From an uncultured Acidobacteriota bacterium (GTDB taxonomy: Bacteria > Acidobacteriota > Thermoanaerobaculia > Gp7-AA8): a stretch of DNA of 64,000 nt. The position numbers were made by a program, and so were the translations under genes. Where the stretch lies: contig CAVUKB010000005.1 of the NCBI GenBank assembly GCA_963741955.1, forward strand, positions 864,001-928,000, given 5' to 3'. The notes below the pieces were generated by a model. The model searched no databases. It was not told the DNA's origin and worked only from the letters and a program-made list of their open reading frames with translations. Each line of letters starts with the position of its first letter. The stretch's first letter is position 1. Positions 10,392-22,876 of the stretch are shown in pieces.

Positions 10392-11486
10392 GTGCAATCG
10401 GCAGGCACTTCAGGGAGACACATTCCTCTCGCCCTCCTTGCAATCCTCGTCCTCTCTCTCTTTGCCATGACTCCGCCTCTCCACGCGCAGATAGTGGTGA
10501 AAGGAGGAGACGACGTCTCGCTCCGCCTCGGACTCCTCGCACAGCCGCAGGCGCAATGGACGGAAGACGCTTCCGGCGGAAACGCACAGGATCTCTTCAT
10601 CCGGCGACTCCGCATACTCCTCGGTGGCCAGATCTCGAAGAACTTCTCGTTCTTCGTCGAGACGGACTCGCCGAATCTCGGCAAGACGGCCGGCGGAAAG
10701 AAGAACACCTCTCAGAACGTGTATCTCCAGGATGCGTTCGTCAGTTACAAGTTCACCCCCGCCGCGATCGTCGACGCCGGGCTGATCCTCATTCCGATGT
10801 CGAGAAACGGTCTGCAGAGTGCAGCCTCGCTTCTCCCCATCGACTACGGGACGTACACGTTCACCCAGAACGCCGCAACACAGTCGATCGTCGGCCGCGA
10901 CACCGGCGTTCAGCTGCGTGGCAATCTCGCAGCGAATCATTTCGAGTACCGCGTCGGCGTCTTCCAGGGAGCCCGTGACGCAGCATCGCACAACGGATTC
11001 CGTTCCGCCGGACGCGTGCAGTACGACGTGTGGGAGGCCGAGAGCGGCTTCTTCTACACCGGCACGTATCTCGGGAAGAAGAAGGTGCTCGCATTCGGCG
11101 CCGGGTACGACATCCAGGACGACTACAGTGCATGGGACGGCGATGCCTTCATGGATCTTCCGACTCCCGGCGGTGCGTTCACCGGGCAGCTCGACTACAT
11201 GCACTTCGACGGCGGTACTTTCCTCACCTCGATCAAGAAGCAGAACGACGTCCTCGCGGAGCTCGGCTATCTCATCCGATCGGCGAAGCTCACTCCTCTC
11301 GTTCAGTACACGCGACGCGACGTCACCGGCGGAGATGCCGGCGACGAGTCGCGCATGAGCGCAGGCGCGGCGTACTGGCTCTCCGGACACAACGCGAACG
11401 TGAAGGCCCTCTACACGCGGATATCACCCGGCGTGGGGAGCGATACGAATCAGTTTTCGGTTCAACTGCAACTGTTCTACTACTGA
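10392..11486 (+). CDS. Outer-membrane porin (OprO/OprP-like)
   Basis: Signal peptide, FIRRLRILLGG, GRDTGVQL, amphipathic strands, terminal QLQLFYY. Confidence 0.75.
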   Translation: MQSAGTSGRHIPLALLAILVLSLFAMTPPLHAQIVVKGGDDVSLRLGLLAQPQAQWTEDASGGNAQDLFIRRLRILLGGQISKNFSFFVETDSPNLGKTAGGKKNTSQNVYLQDAFVSYKFTPAAIVDAGLILIPMSRNGLQSAASLLPIDYGTYTFTQNAATQSIVGRDTGVQLRGNLAANHFEYRVGVFQGARDAASHNGFRSAGRVQYDVWEAESGFFYTGTYLGKKKVLAFGAGYDIQDDYSAWDGDAFMDLPTPGGAFTGQLDYMHFDGGTFLTSIKKQNDVLAELGYLIRSAKLTPLVQYTRRDVTGGDAGDESRMSAGAAYWLSGHNANVKALYTRISPGVGSDTNQFSVQLQLFYY

Positions 11487-11507
11487 GCAGACGGAGGAGA
11501 TTGAATC

Positions 11508-12770
11508 ATGAGCTCTTCGGAAGAATCGATCAATCGCTGGTGGCGCGTGGTCGGCGCCCTTCTGATGAACCTTTCACTCGGATCGCTTTACGCATGGAGC
11601 ATCTTCGTTGCACCGCTGGAGAAGGAGTTCGGCTGGAATCGCCAGCAGACTTCCTGGATCTTCACCATAGCGATCGTCGTCTTCGGCGCCTCCTTCGTCG
11701 TCGCAGGGCGCCTCCAGGACCGCCTCGGCCCGTTCAAGATCTCTCTGATCGGCGCCGTCGCGCTCAGCGCGGGCTTCATCCTCGCGAGCTTCACCCATTC
11801 TCTGACCTGGAGCATCATGACTCTCGGCGTGGTGGTCGGACTGGGGAACGGTTTCGGCTATGCGACTCCGATCCCCGTGCTCTCCAAATGGTTCCCGGAC
11901 AAGCGCGGACTCGCGGTCGGTCTCGCGGTCGCCGGCTACGGCGGCGGTTCTGCGATCTTCGCGTTCATCGGACCGCCGATGCTCGCCCGGCTCGGCTGGA
12001 GCGGAACGTTCCGCTGGATCGGCATCGGCTTCTTCATCGCCACGGTCGTCGCGGCTTTCCTCCTGAAGAATCCTCCGGTCGGATGGAAGCCCGAAGGATG
12101 GGTCCCCGCGACCAGTTCGAAAGCGGCGTCCTCGGGGGTCGAGCTCGCACCGACCCAGATGCTCCGCAAGAAGCAGTTCTACCTGATGTGGGTCGCGTAC
12201 TGCCTCGGGGCGGCCGCCGGCCTGATGACCATCAGCCAGCTCATTCCATTCGCCAAGAGCGTCGGCCTTCCGGCCACCGCCGCGACCCTGACCCTCCTGA
12301 TCGCCGCGTGCGGCAACGCGATCGGGCGCATCTTCTCCGGATTCCTCTCGGACAAGATCGGCCGCCTGCAGACGCTTCGACTGATGATCCTCATCTCCGC
12401 GATCATCATGCCGATCGTAGCGAACACCTCGAACCTCGAAGCGGTATACATCCTGATCTTCGGTGTCTACTACTGCTTCGGCACACTGCTGTCCGTCTTC
12501 CCGTCCACCACGGCCGACTTCTTCGGGACCAGAAATCTCGGAGTCAACTACGGCTGGATGTTCACTGCTTACGCCGTGGCCGGCATCGTCGGCCCCATGA
12601 TCGGCGGATCGATGTTCCGCACTTATCAGAACTACACCATCGCCTTCTACACTGCTGGCGTCCTTTCCGTCGTCGCGCTGATCTCGATCGTGCTCGCACG
12701 CCGGCCGGAAGCCTCTGAAGCGTTTCCTGCCGGAGCCGTACCAGCCGCCGCCGGTTCGCTGAAGGGATGA
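11508..12770 (+). CDS. MFS transporter, oxalate:formate antiporter (OFA) family
   Basis: 12 hydrophobic segments; GSLYAWSIF, KWFPDKRGLAVG, DFFGTRNLGVNYG motifs. Confidence 0.88.
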   Translation: MSSSEESINRWWRVVGALLMNLSLGSLYAWSIFVAPLEKEFGWNRQQTSWIFTIAIVVFGASFVVAGRLQDRLGPFKISLIGAVALSAGFILASFTHSLTWSIMTLGVVVGLGNGFGYATPIPVLSKWFPDKRGLAVGLAVAGYGGGSAIFAFIGPPMLARLGWSGTFRWIGIGFFIATVVAAFLLKNPPVGWKPEGWVPATSSKAASSGVELAPTQMLRKKQFYLMWVAYCLGAAAGLMTISQLIPFAKSVGLPATAATLTLLIAACGNAIGRIFSGFLSDKIGRLQTLRLMILISAIIMPIVANTSNLEAVYILIFGVYYCFGTLLSVFPSTTADFFGTRNLGVNYGWMFTAYAVAGIVGPMIGGSMFRTYQNYTIAFYTAGVLSVVALISIVLARRPEASEAFPAGAVPAAAGSLKG

Positions 12771-12784
12771 GACGAGGAGAAAAC

Positions 12785-14887
<2,103 letters not shown>

Positions 14888-14911
14888 TCGTTGGCAATGG
14901 CTGGCACTGAC

Positions 14912-14940
14912 AGGCGGGTCCGAAAGGGCCCGCCTTTTTT
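14912..14940 (+). terminator. Rho-independent terminator after acs
   Basis: AGGCGGGTCC-GAAA-GGGCCCGCCT followed by a T run. Confidence 0.85.
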
Positions 14941-15207
14941 GAGAGGCGAGAGGCGAGAGGCGAGAGGCGAGAGGCGCAGAATAATATTCTCTCGACGGAC
15001 GTAAAGACAGAATGTTATTTCTTACAGCGGCCAGAAAACAGCATAAACTTCTTTAAAGCGGTCGGGCGTGCCGGAGTCCCACGCTGCTGAACCCCTCGCC
15101 TCCCTTCTCCCTTCTCCCTTCTCCCTTCTCTCGTCTCTCGTCTCTCGCCCCTCGCCCCTCGCCTCTCGCCTCTCGCCTCTCGCCTCTCGCCCCTCGCCTC
15201 TCGCCTC
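14941..15207. repeat. Inverted heptamer arrays, (GAGAGGC)n ... (GCCTCTC/CCCTTCT)n, flanking an AT-richer spacer
   Basis: About 5 x GAGAGGC at 14941-14977; complementary heptamer run at about 15093-15207. Confidence 0.85.
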
Positions 15208-15271
15208 TCACGGAACGCCCATTGCACACGCAGATCCGCGTTATTGAATGCAGGAGAACGGGGGGCAGAAC

Positions 15272-16540
15272 ATGAAAGCCGTCGTCTTTCACGCCATCGG
15301 GGACATCCGTCTGGAAGACGTTGAAGAGCCGAAAATTCAGGAGCGGACGGACGCCATCGTCCGCCTCACGACCAGCGCCATCTGCGGAACCGACCTCCAC
15401 ATGATCCGCGGAACGCTTCGAAAGATGAAGAATGGAACCATTCTCGGCCACGAGGGAGTCGGGATCGTGGAGGAAGTCGGCAACGGAGTTCGCAACTTCC
15501 GGCGCGGTGACCGGGTCATCATCCCTTCGACGATCGCCTGCGGGACCTGCTCCTACTGCCGTGCCGGGTACTACGCTCAGTGCGATCATGCGAACCCGAA
15601 CGGGCCGAACGCCGGCACCGCGTTCTTCGGAGGCCCCGAGAGCAGCGGTCCCTTCAACGGACTGCAAGCCGAGCTCGCACGGGTTCCTTACGCCAACATC
15701 GGACTGGTACGCGTACCGGACGAAGTTTCGGACGATGACGCGATTCTCCTGTCGGACATCTTTCCCACCGGCTACATGGCCGCGGACATCGCGGAGATCG
15801 GGGCCGGGGACACCGTCGCCGTCTTCGGTTGCGGACCGGTCGGGCAGTTCGCGATCGTGAGCGCGATGCTGCTGGGAGCGGGCCGCGTGATCGCCATCGA
15901 TCGGGTCGATTCACGACTCGACAAGGCGCGCGAGATCGGGGCGGAAGTCGTCAACTTCGAGCGTGAGGATCCCGTCGAGACGATCCGGGAGATGACCGGC
16001 GGAATCGGCGTGGACCGCGCGATCGACGCGGTCGGGATCGACGCCGAGACCGCCACCTCCGGACCGGCCCACAGCGAAGCGAACAAGAAGAGCGACGAGT
16101 TCCGTGAGGAACGGAAGACCGTCGCACCGGAGAAGCATCCGAAAGGCGACCTCTGGCAGCCGGGCCATGCTCCGTCGCAGGTATTGCAGTGGGCGGTGGA
16201 CTCGCTGGCCAAAGCCGGGACCCTCTCGATCATCGGTGTCTATTCCGAGAAGCTCGAGACGTTCCCGATCGGGAAGGCCATGAACCGCAACCTCACCCTG
16301 CAGATGGGCAACTGCAATCACCGGAAATACATCCCGATGCTGCTCGACCTCGTTCAAAGCGGAGCGGTCCGTCCGGACCGCGTGCTCACGCAGCATGCTC
16401 CGATGGCTTCGATCATCGATGCGTATCAGCACTTCGACCAGCGCGAGCCCGGGTGGTTGAAAGTCGCCGTCGAGCCGTCGCAGGAGCGACACCGAGAACG
16501 GGTCGCGCGGGCCGAAGAAGAGAGACCGGAAATCCGCTGA
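15272..16540 (+). CDS. Zn-dependent alcohol/formaldehyde dehydrogenase (MDR family)
   Basis: ICGTDLH, GHEGVG, CGTCSYC...C, SDIFPTG, GCGPVG. Confidence 0.92.
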   Translation: MKAVVFHAIGDIRLEDVEEPKIQERTDAIVRLTTSAICGTDLHMIRGTLRKMKNGTILGHEGVGIVEEVGNGVRNFRRGDRVIIPSTIACGTCSYCRAGYYAQCDHANPNGPNAGTAFFGGPESSGPFNGLQAELARVPYANIGLVRVPDEVSDDDAILLSDIFPTGYMAADIAEIGAGDTVAVFGCGPVGQFAIVSAMLLGAGRVIAIDRVDSRLDKAREIGAEVVNFEREDPVETIREMTGGIGVDRAIDAVGIDAETATSGPAHSEANKKSDEFREERKTVAPEKHPKGDLWQPGHAPSQVLQWAVDSLAKAGTLSIIGVYSEKLETFPIGKAMNRNLTLQMGNCNHRKYIPMLLDLVQSGAVRPDRVLTQHAPMASIIDAYQHFDQREPGWLKVAVEPSQERHRERVARAEEERPEIR

Positions 16541-16672
16541 AGCGAACTTCATCAGAATCCAGGAGAGGACCGGACGGAAGATCCCGATTACTGCATATCG
16601 GAGTGCATTCTCAACGGCATCGCGGCGCGCTCTGCTCCGGCGGGGCGCAACGCAGCGCCGACGAGGCGTTCC

Positions 16673-17062
16673 TCAGCAGGTTCCGTGAGCGAGGAGCGCC
16701 ACGTGCTTCCCTTCACCCAGAAGGCTGGTGAACGTCCGGCAGGCTTGGGGAGTCCGCTCGAGGCGGACGTCGGCGATGCCGTGATCCCGCAGTTCCTGAA
16801 TGACGCTCTCCGGGCACTCGATCGCCCCATAGACGCCGACTCCGATCACCAGGGTGTCGATCCCGTGATCGTAGATGGCGGCGAGCATCGACGGGTTCAG
16901 GGAATGCCCCTTCCTCTCCTGCCACTCCGAGACCTCGTGCTCGATGACCCGGATGTCCTTTCCCATCCCGGTTTTTCCCTGCGGAGTTCGGGCATGTGTC
17001 TGGCCGAAGATGCTGAAGGTGCCCCAGTCGACCCATTCGACGCTCTCGGGAGTTCTTGCCAT
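16673..17062 (-). CDS. Mth938-like domain protein
   Basis: GKDIRV..W.ERKGHSL, LVIGVG, TPQACRTF, LLAHGTC C-terminus. Confidence 0.7.
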   Translation of the reverse strand: MARTPESVEWVDWGTFSIFGQTHARTPQGKTGMGKDIRVIEHEVSEWQERKGHSLNPSMLAAIYDHGIDTLVIGVGVYGAIECPESVIQELRDHGIADVRLERTPQACRTFTSLLGEGKHVALLAHGTC

Positions 17063-17517
17063 TGAGTCTCCTCCTGTCCAAACCGGGCCGTGCGTGTCCG
17101 AACGGCCCCTTTTTTGAAGATCGTTCCGAAACTACGGCTGTGCAAGAGTGGTGCGGGAGGAAAGGATCTCGCCTTTCCCGCCGCGGTCCGTATAATGTCG
17201 CGTCGAGCTCGTCCCGGAGGCGTTCGGGGCGGGTGGACAATGCGCGATCTCCGGTTCCGGGCGAGTGGAATGGATCGGAGGAGCGACGTCCCGGTCGTCG
17301 GAACGACGACTCGTGCCGGTGATCCACCGGCGAGCACGCATCGTGAATCGTCAGCAGGAAGACTCCCGAGCAGTCGAGTCTGCGAGTCGAAATTCCTCGG
17401 AAAAGCGACAACCGGATAACCGAACCATCGGCCGCCCGCATGACATTTCCTATCAAGAGCTGAATCCAGATGGAACGATCGGGAGGAGAACGTCCCGCTC
17501 GTGCCGGAGGAAACACA

Positions 17518-18560
17518 TTGACCGAACAGACGACCACCGCAGCAGAGATCGGCCTCCCACGCGAGGCGCTCCTCGAAATGAATTACTACATGAGGATGAC
17601 GCGCTCGCTCGAAGAGCGGATCGTCATCCTCTTCCGGCAATCCAAAGTGATCGGAGGCATCTACCGTTCCCTCGGGCAGGAAGGCGAAGCGGTCGCGGCA
17701 GCGTACGCGCTCGACTTCGCAAGTGGTGACGTCGTCTCCCCTCTCATTCGGAACATGGGCGCGATGCTCGTGGCGGGAGCAACACCGCTGGAGATCCTCC
17801 GCCAGTACATGGCGAAGGGAAACGCTCCTTCCCGCGGTCGCGATCTCAAATCCACTTCACGGATCTCGACCGCGGCTTCGTCGGTCCCATCTCGATGCTC
17901 GGCGACATGATCTCGGTGATCTCCGGCGTGGTGCTCGCCCGCCGGATGCAGAAGCGACAGAGCGTCGGAATGGTTTTCATCGGAGACGGCGCCTCCTCGA
18001 CCGGAGCATTCGCGGAAGGGATGAACTTCGCCTCGGTCAAGAAACTCCCTCTGGTGGTGGTGATCGAAGACAACGGGTACGCCTACTCGACGCCAACCTC
18101 ACGTCAGACCGCCGCGAGAACCCTCGCGGACAAGGCCATGGCATACGGCTGCTTCGGCGAGACCGTCGACGGCAACAATCCCCTCGCCGTCTACCGCGCC
18201 GCCCGTAGCGCGGTGGATCACGCCCGACGAGGTGAAGGCGTGACCCTCCTCGAGGTCAAGACCTTCCGGATGCGCGGTCATGCGGAACACGATAACCAGG
18301 CCTACGTCCCGAAAGAGTTGATCGAAGAATGGAAGAAGAAGGACCCGATCGACCGCTTCGAGCGTTTCCTCCTCGACTCCGGAACCGCGTCCGAAGACGA
18401 CCTCCAGCAGATCCGCGAGAAAATTCGTGCGGAGCTCGATCACGCAGTGCAGGAGGCGGAGGCGTCGCCGATGCCTCTTCCGGAGGAAGCGCAGTACGGC
18501 GTGTGGCACGGAGATGGGTTCTGGGAGAACCCGCCTCTCTGCGAGGGAGGTGAGCGATGA
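17518..18560 (+). CDS. 2-oxoacid dehydrogenase E1 alpha subunit (single-base frameshift at about 17849)
   Basis: SLGQEG in frame 1; GDGASSTG...EDN TPP motif and RMRGHAEHD in frame 2; adding one base restores GRDLNIHFTDLDRGFVGPISML. Confidence 0.88.
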
Positions 18561-19555
18561 GCGCCGAAGCTCCGAGAGCAGGTGGAGAGACCACCTACCT
18601 CGAAGCAATCCGTCAGGCGATGTGGGAAGAGATGGAGCGCGACGAGCGCGTCTTCCTCATCGGGGAGGACGTCGGGATCTACGGCGGCGCGTTCAAGACC
18701 AGCGCCGGACTTCTCGACCGCTTCGGCGAGGAGAGAGTGATCGACACGCCGATCTCGGAGACGGCGATCGTCGGCGCGGCCGCGGGAGCGGCGATGGCCG
18801 GGATGAGGCCCATCGCCGAGATGCAGTTCATCGACTTCATCTCGGTCGCATTCGACCAGCTGACGAACTTCGCCTCCAAGCTCCGTTACCGAAACGGCTA
18901 CGGCTGTCCGCTCGTCGTGCGCGGTCCTTCGGGCGGAGGCGTTCACGGCGGCCCGTTCCACTCCGGGAATCCGGAGGCATTCTTCTTCAACACGCCGGGG
19001 CTGAAGATCGTCGCGCCGGGGACGGCGCGTGACGCCAAGGGGCTGTTGAAAGCGGCGATCCGGGACGAGGATCCCGTGATCTACCTCGAGCACAAATTCC
19101 TCTACCGCCGGATCAAGGAAGAGCTCCCGGCGGACGATTACGTCGTCCCGATCGGAAAGGCCAACGTTCGTCGTGAAGGAAAGGACCTCACCATCCTCAC
19201 CTGGGGAGCGATGAACTACGTCGCGGACGAGGCGGCGGACGAGCTCGCGAAGGACGGCGTCTCCGTGGAGATCGTCGATCTCCGGTCGATCCGTCCGTTC
19301 GACGAGGAGACGATCCTCGCGTCGGTGGCGAAGACCAACCGCGCGATCATTCTCCACGAAGCACCGCTCACGGGCGGAGCAGGGGGTGAGTTCGCGGCAC
19401 GGATCGCGGAGAAGGCATTCGAATACCTCGACGCACCGATCCGCCGCGTCGCGTCGAACGACACTCCTCCTCCCTATTCCCCGCCGCTCGAGGAGTTCTT
19501 CCTCCCGAACAGGGAGAAGCTCCTCACGGTAGCCAGGGAGCTGCTGCGGTACTGA
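18557..19555 (+). CDS. 2-oxoacid dehydrogenase E1 beta subunit
   Basis: GEDVG.YGG, DTPISE, EMQFIDF, GGPFHS motifs. Confidence 0.93.
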   Translation: MSAEAPRAGGETTYLEAIRQAMWEEMERDERVFLIGEDVGIYGGAFKTSAGLLDRFGEERVIDTPISETAIVGAAAGAAMAGMRPIAEMQFIDFISVAFDQLTNFASKLRYRNGYGCPLVVRGPSGGGVHGGPFHSGNPEAFFFNTPGLKIVAPGTARDAKGLLKAAIRDEDPVIYLEHKFLYRRIKEELPADDYVVPIGKANVRREGKDLTILTWGAMNYVADEAADELAKDGVSVEIVDLRSIRPFDEETILASVAKTNRAIILHEAPLTGGAGGEFAARIAEKAFEYLDAPIRRVASNDTPPPYSPPLEEFFLPNREKLLTVARELLRY

Positions 19556-19675
19556 TGGGAACGGCGCGTGCAAAGTTGACACGCGACCCCGGAAGCGGAA
19601 GGATTGAATCTCGCGCTCGCGTGAAGGGCGTCTGCGCGTGAAGAGAAATCGAGCGAACGAAGGACGAAGCGAGAC

Positions 19676-21045
19676 ATGGCTACCGATGTCGTAATGCCAC
19701 AGATGGGCGAGTCGATCGCCGAGGGAACGATCTCCCGCTGGATCAAGAAGCCGGGAGAGAAGGTGGAACGGGACGAACCGATCTCGAGATCTCGACCGAC
19801 AAGGTCGACGCGGAGATTCCGGCGCCGGTCTCGGGGACGCTCGCCGAGGTCCTGGCGAACGAAGGGGACACCGTCCCGGTCAACAGCGTGATCGCGAGAA
19901 TCGCGGCGGAAGGAGAAGCCGCACCGCCCCCGCAGGCCGCACCGGCACCGAAGCCGGAGGCGACGCGCCCCTCTGAACCCGCCGAGCAGCCCCAGGCTGC
20001 GGCGCCGCAGCCGAAGCCGTCCGCTCCGGAACCGGCAGCTGCACCACAGCCGGCGCCGCAGGCCTCGCCGGCGCCGCAGGCCGAGGAGAACGTCACGTCC
20101 CTCGAGGAACGGCGCCGCACCAGGTCCTCTCCGCTGGTCCGGAAGATCGCACGCGAGAACGACATCGACATCTCGCAGAACGAAGGGAGCGGCGTCTCGG
20201 GAAGAGTGACGAAAGACGACATCCTCGAGTACATGGAGCGGCCGCGAGCAGCAGCGTCCGTACAGCCGGCTCCGCAACCGCGACCCTCCTCTCCTCCCGC
20301 CGCGCCGCAGCGAGAGCCGGGGCAGCCATCCGCGTCTCCCGGGGGCGAGAACATCCGGATCGAGCCGATGTCCGTCATGCGCAAGAAGATCGCCGATCAC
20401 ATGGTCTTCTCCAAACGGACCTCCGCACACGTCAGTACCGTGTTCGAGGTCGACTTCACCGCGATCGACCGACTGCGCAAACAGCACAAGGCTTCCTATG
20501 CGGAGCGAGGCGTCAGCCTGACCTACATGGCGTTCATCGTCCAGGCGGTGATCACGGCATTGCGCGAGTTCCCCATCATCAACTCGTCGATCGACGGCGA
20601 CAACATCATCTATAAAGACGATCTGAACATCGGCATCGCCGTCGCGCTCGATTGGGGACTGATCGTTCCCGTCCTCAAGCGCGCCGACGAGAAGAACATC
20701 CTCGGGATCGCGCGCTCGATCAGCGAGCTCGCCGAACGCGCCCGCACCAAGAAGCTCAATCCGGAGGACGTACAGGGCGGGACATTCACGATTACCAATC
20801 CCGGCGTCTACGGCGGTCTCTTCGGACTTCCGATCATCAACCAGCCGCAGGTCGCGATTCTCGGAGTCGGAGGAGTGAAGAAGCGTCCGGTGGTGGTGGA
20901 GACGGAGGCCGGCGACGCGATCGTGGTCCGCTCCATGTGCTATCTCTCGCTCACCTTCGATCATCGAATCATCGACGGCGCGGTGGCGGACCAGTTCATG
21001 GCCAGAGTGCGGTCCATCATCGAGGCGGGGCAGTACAGTCTGTAA
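19676..21045 (+). CDS. Dihydrolipoamide acyltransferase E2 (single-base frameshift at about 19783)
   Basis: MPQMGESIAEGT lipoyl domain continues EISTDKVDAE in another frame; SPLVRKIA E3-binding domain; DHRIIDG catalytic motif. Confidence 0.9.
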
Positions 21046-21105
21046 CGGCCCCACTCGCGCGGAGACGGTACGACACTGAGCTCCATCCTTGTAATCATCT
21101 TCCTG

Positions 21106-21753
21106 GTGGTCCTCGCGATCGTCGTCCCGGCGCTCGCGTGGATGAGCCGCCGCGCTCTCGAGAGCGGAGCTCGGATCCCACGACTCCCACTCTACGCGGA
21201 GGTGGTCGTCCTCCAGCTTCTCCTCTTCGGGCTCGCGATGCTGGTGGCATGGAGCGGACGATTCTCGATCTTCAGCCGCCGGCTTCCGACTCTCGATGGG
21301 TGGGCCGCCGGCGCGATCCTCCTCCTGATTGCCACCGTTGCGATGTTGCTGAACCTCCGGTTCGGAACCGCCGATCACGACGATCCTCTCTACCGCATCG
21401 CTCCCGAATCGATGATCGAGAAGCTCGCATGGATCGGAGTCTCGTGCGTCGCCGGAGTCAGCGAGGAGGTGATTTACCGCGGAGCCGCGTACGTGGTGAT
21501 CCAGCGCCTGGTCCACGGGATCTGGCCTCCCATCCTGATCGCATCCGTCCTCTTCGGGATGGCGCATCTGACTCAGGGCATCCGCCGCAGCGCACTGGTC
21601 GCCCTCTTCGGATTCGGCTTCCACCTCGTCGTCCTCTACTCCGGAAGCCTCTACCCCGCTTTCGTCGTTCATGCTTTGTATGACATCCTCGCAGGGCTGG
21701 CGCTCGCCCGCGACCGCCGCCGGAGGAACTGGACCGAACATGCGACTCTGTGA
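21106..21753 (+). CDS. CPBP (Abi/CAAX) intramembrane metalloprotease
   Basis: EEVIYRG, FGMAH and H...D motifs in a hydrophobic protein. Confidence 0.82.
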   Translation: MVLAIVVPALAWMSRRALESGARIPRLPLYAEVVVLQLLLFGLAMLVAWSGRFSIFSRRLPTLDGWAAGAILLLIATVAMLLNLRFGTADHDDPLYRIAPESMIEKLAWIGVSCVAGVSEEVIYRGAAYVVIQRLVHGIWPPILIASVLFGMAHLTQGIRRSALVALFGFGFHLVVLYSGSLYPAFVVHALYDILAGLALARDRRRRNWTEHATL

Positions 21754-22831
21754 GCTGCGCAATCTCGATCTCGTCACGTATGAGAACGGCATGCAGATGC
21801 AGCAGGAGCTGGTCACGCTCCGTCAGGAAGAGCGCATCCCCGACCAGCTCCTCCTTCTCCAGCATCCCCCGGTCATCACCCTGGGACGCAGCGGACACGA
21901 AGAGAACCTCCTCGCGTCTCCAGCCGCACTCGCTGCGGAAGGGGTGCGCTTCTACGAAACGACCCGCGGAGGCGACATCACGTATCACGGGCCGGGACAG
22001 CTCGTCGGCTATCCGCTGATCTCGCTCGGCGAGGGACGCCGCGATGTCCGCCGCTACGTGACGAACCTCGAGGAAGTGATCATCCGCACCGTCGCCGCTT
22101 TCGGCATCGAAGCCGGTCGTTGGGAAGGCCACCGGGGCGTCTGGGTGGGGCGTGAGAAGATCGCCGCGATCGGAGTCCGCGTCGCGAAATGGGTCACTTC
22201 CCACGGCTTCGCGCTCAACGTCGATCCGAACCTCCACCACTTCGACCTGATCACTCCCTGCGGGATCCCGGATGCGGGAGTCACATCGATTGCCAGGCTT
22301 ACCGGACGGTCGATCACGGTCGAGGAAGTCCGTGAGGCGCTCGTCCCGCACTTCGCGGATGTCTTCGAGCGGGAGATCCGCCCCAACCCCCCCGATCTCG
22401 CCCTGGTGAAGGTCGTCGTGCACGACGGCAATCGCATTCTTCTCCTCCACCGGCGTCCCGATTCGGGAGATTTCTGGCAGCCGATCACCGGACGGATCGA
22501 AGCGGGAGAAGTCGCCGAAGCCGCGGCCCGCCGGGAGATCGTGGAGGAGACGGGAATGGGTGGAGAGCCGGAAAGCCTCGATCTCCGGCAGTCGTTCCTG
22601 ATCGAGGCGAAGTACCTGAAGGACGCCTCGGATCTCCCGATCTTCGCGGACGAGATCGCGTTCGCCGCATGGATCGATGCGTCGCGAGCGCTTCGTCTCG
22701 ACGCTTCAGAGCACGACCGCTACGGCTGGTTCTCCACCGAAGAGGCGCTCGCGAAGATCCGCTGGAGCGACGATCGGGAAGCGATCGAGCGGCTCGTCGT
22801 TCGAGCGCTCTCGGCTTCGGCCGTGGGATGA
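21740..22831 (+). CDS. lipB: Octanoyltransferase LipB fused to a C-terminal NUDIX hydrolase
   Basis: HPPVITLG, RGGDITYHGPGQLVGYP, KIAAIG, PCG; then WQPITGRIEAGE.....ARREIVEETG Nudix box. Confidence 0.9.
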   Translation: MRLCELRNLDLVTYENGMQMQQELVTLRQEERIPDQLLLLQHPPVITLGRSGHEENLLASPAALAAEGVRFYETTRGGDITYHGPGQLVGYPLISLGEGRRDVRRYVTNLEEVIIRTVAAFGIEAGRWEGHRGVWVGREKIAAIGVRVAKWVTSHGFALNVDPNLHHFDLITPCGIPDAGVTSIARLTGRSITVEEVREALVPHFADVFEREIRPNPPDLALVKVVVHDGNRILLLHRRPDSGDFWQPITGRIEAGEVAEAAARREIVEETGMGGEPESLDLRQSFLIEAKYLKDASDLPIFADEIAFAAWIDASRALRLDASEHDRYGWFSTEEALAKIRWSDDREAIERLVVRALSASAVG

Positions 22832-22876
22832 TGCGGCGACCGCGGGCGGTTGTGACCCGATGAGAGATCGAAAGGA

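Noticed and set aside
17191-17517. Riboswitch or ncRNA in the long leader after TATAAT (17191)
   Set aside because: Only short GC-rich hairpins, and no TPP or other aptamer consensus that I could recognise.
17840-17860. Programmed ribosomal frameshift in E1-alpha or E2
   Set aside because: There is no slippery heptamer; a simple missing base explains each case.
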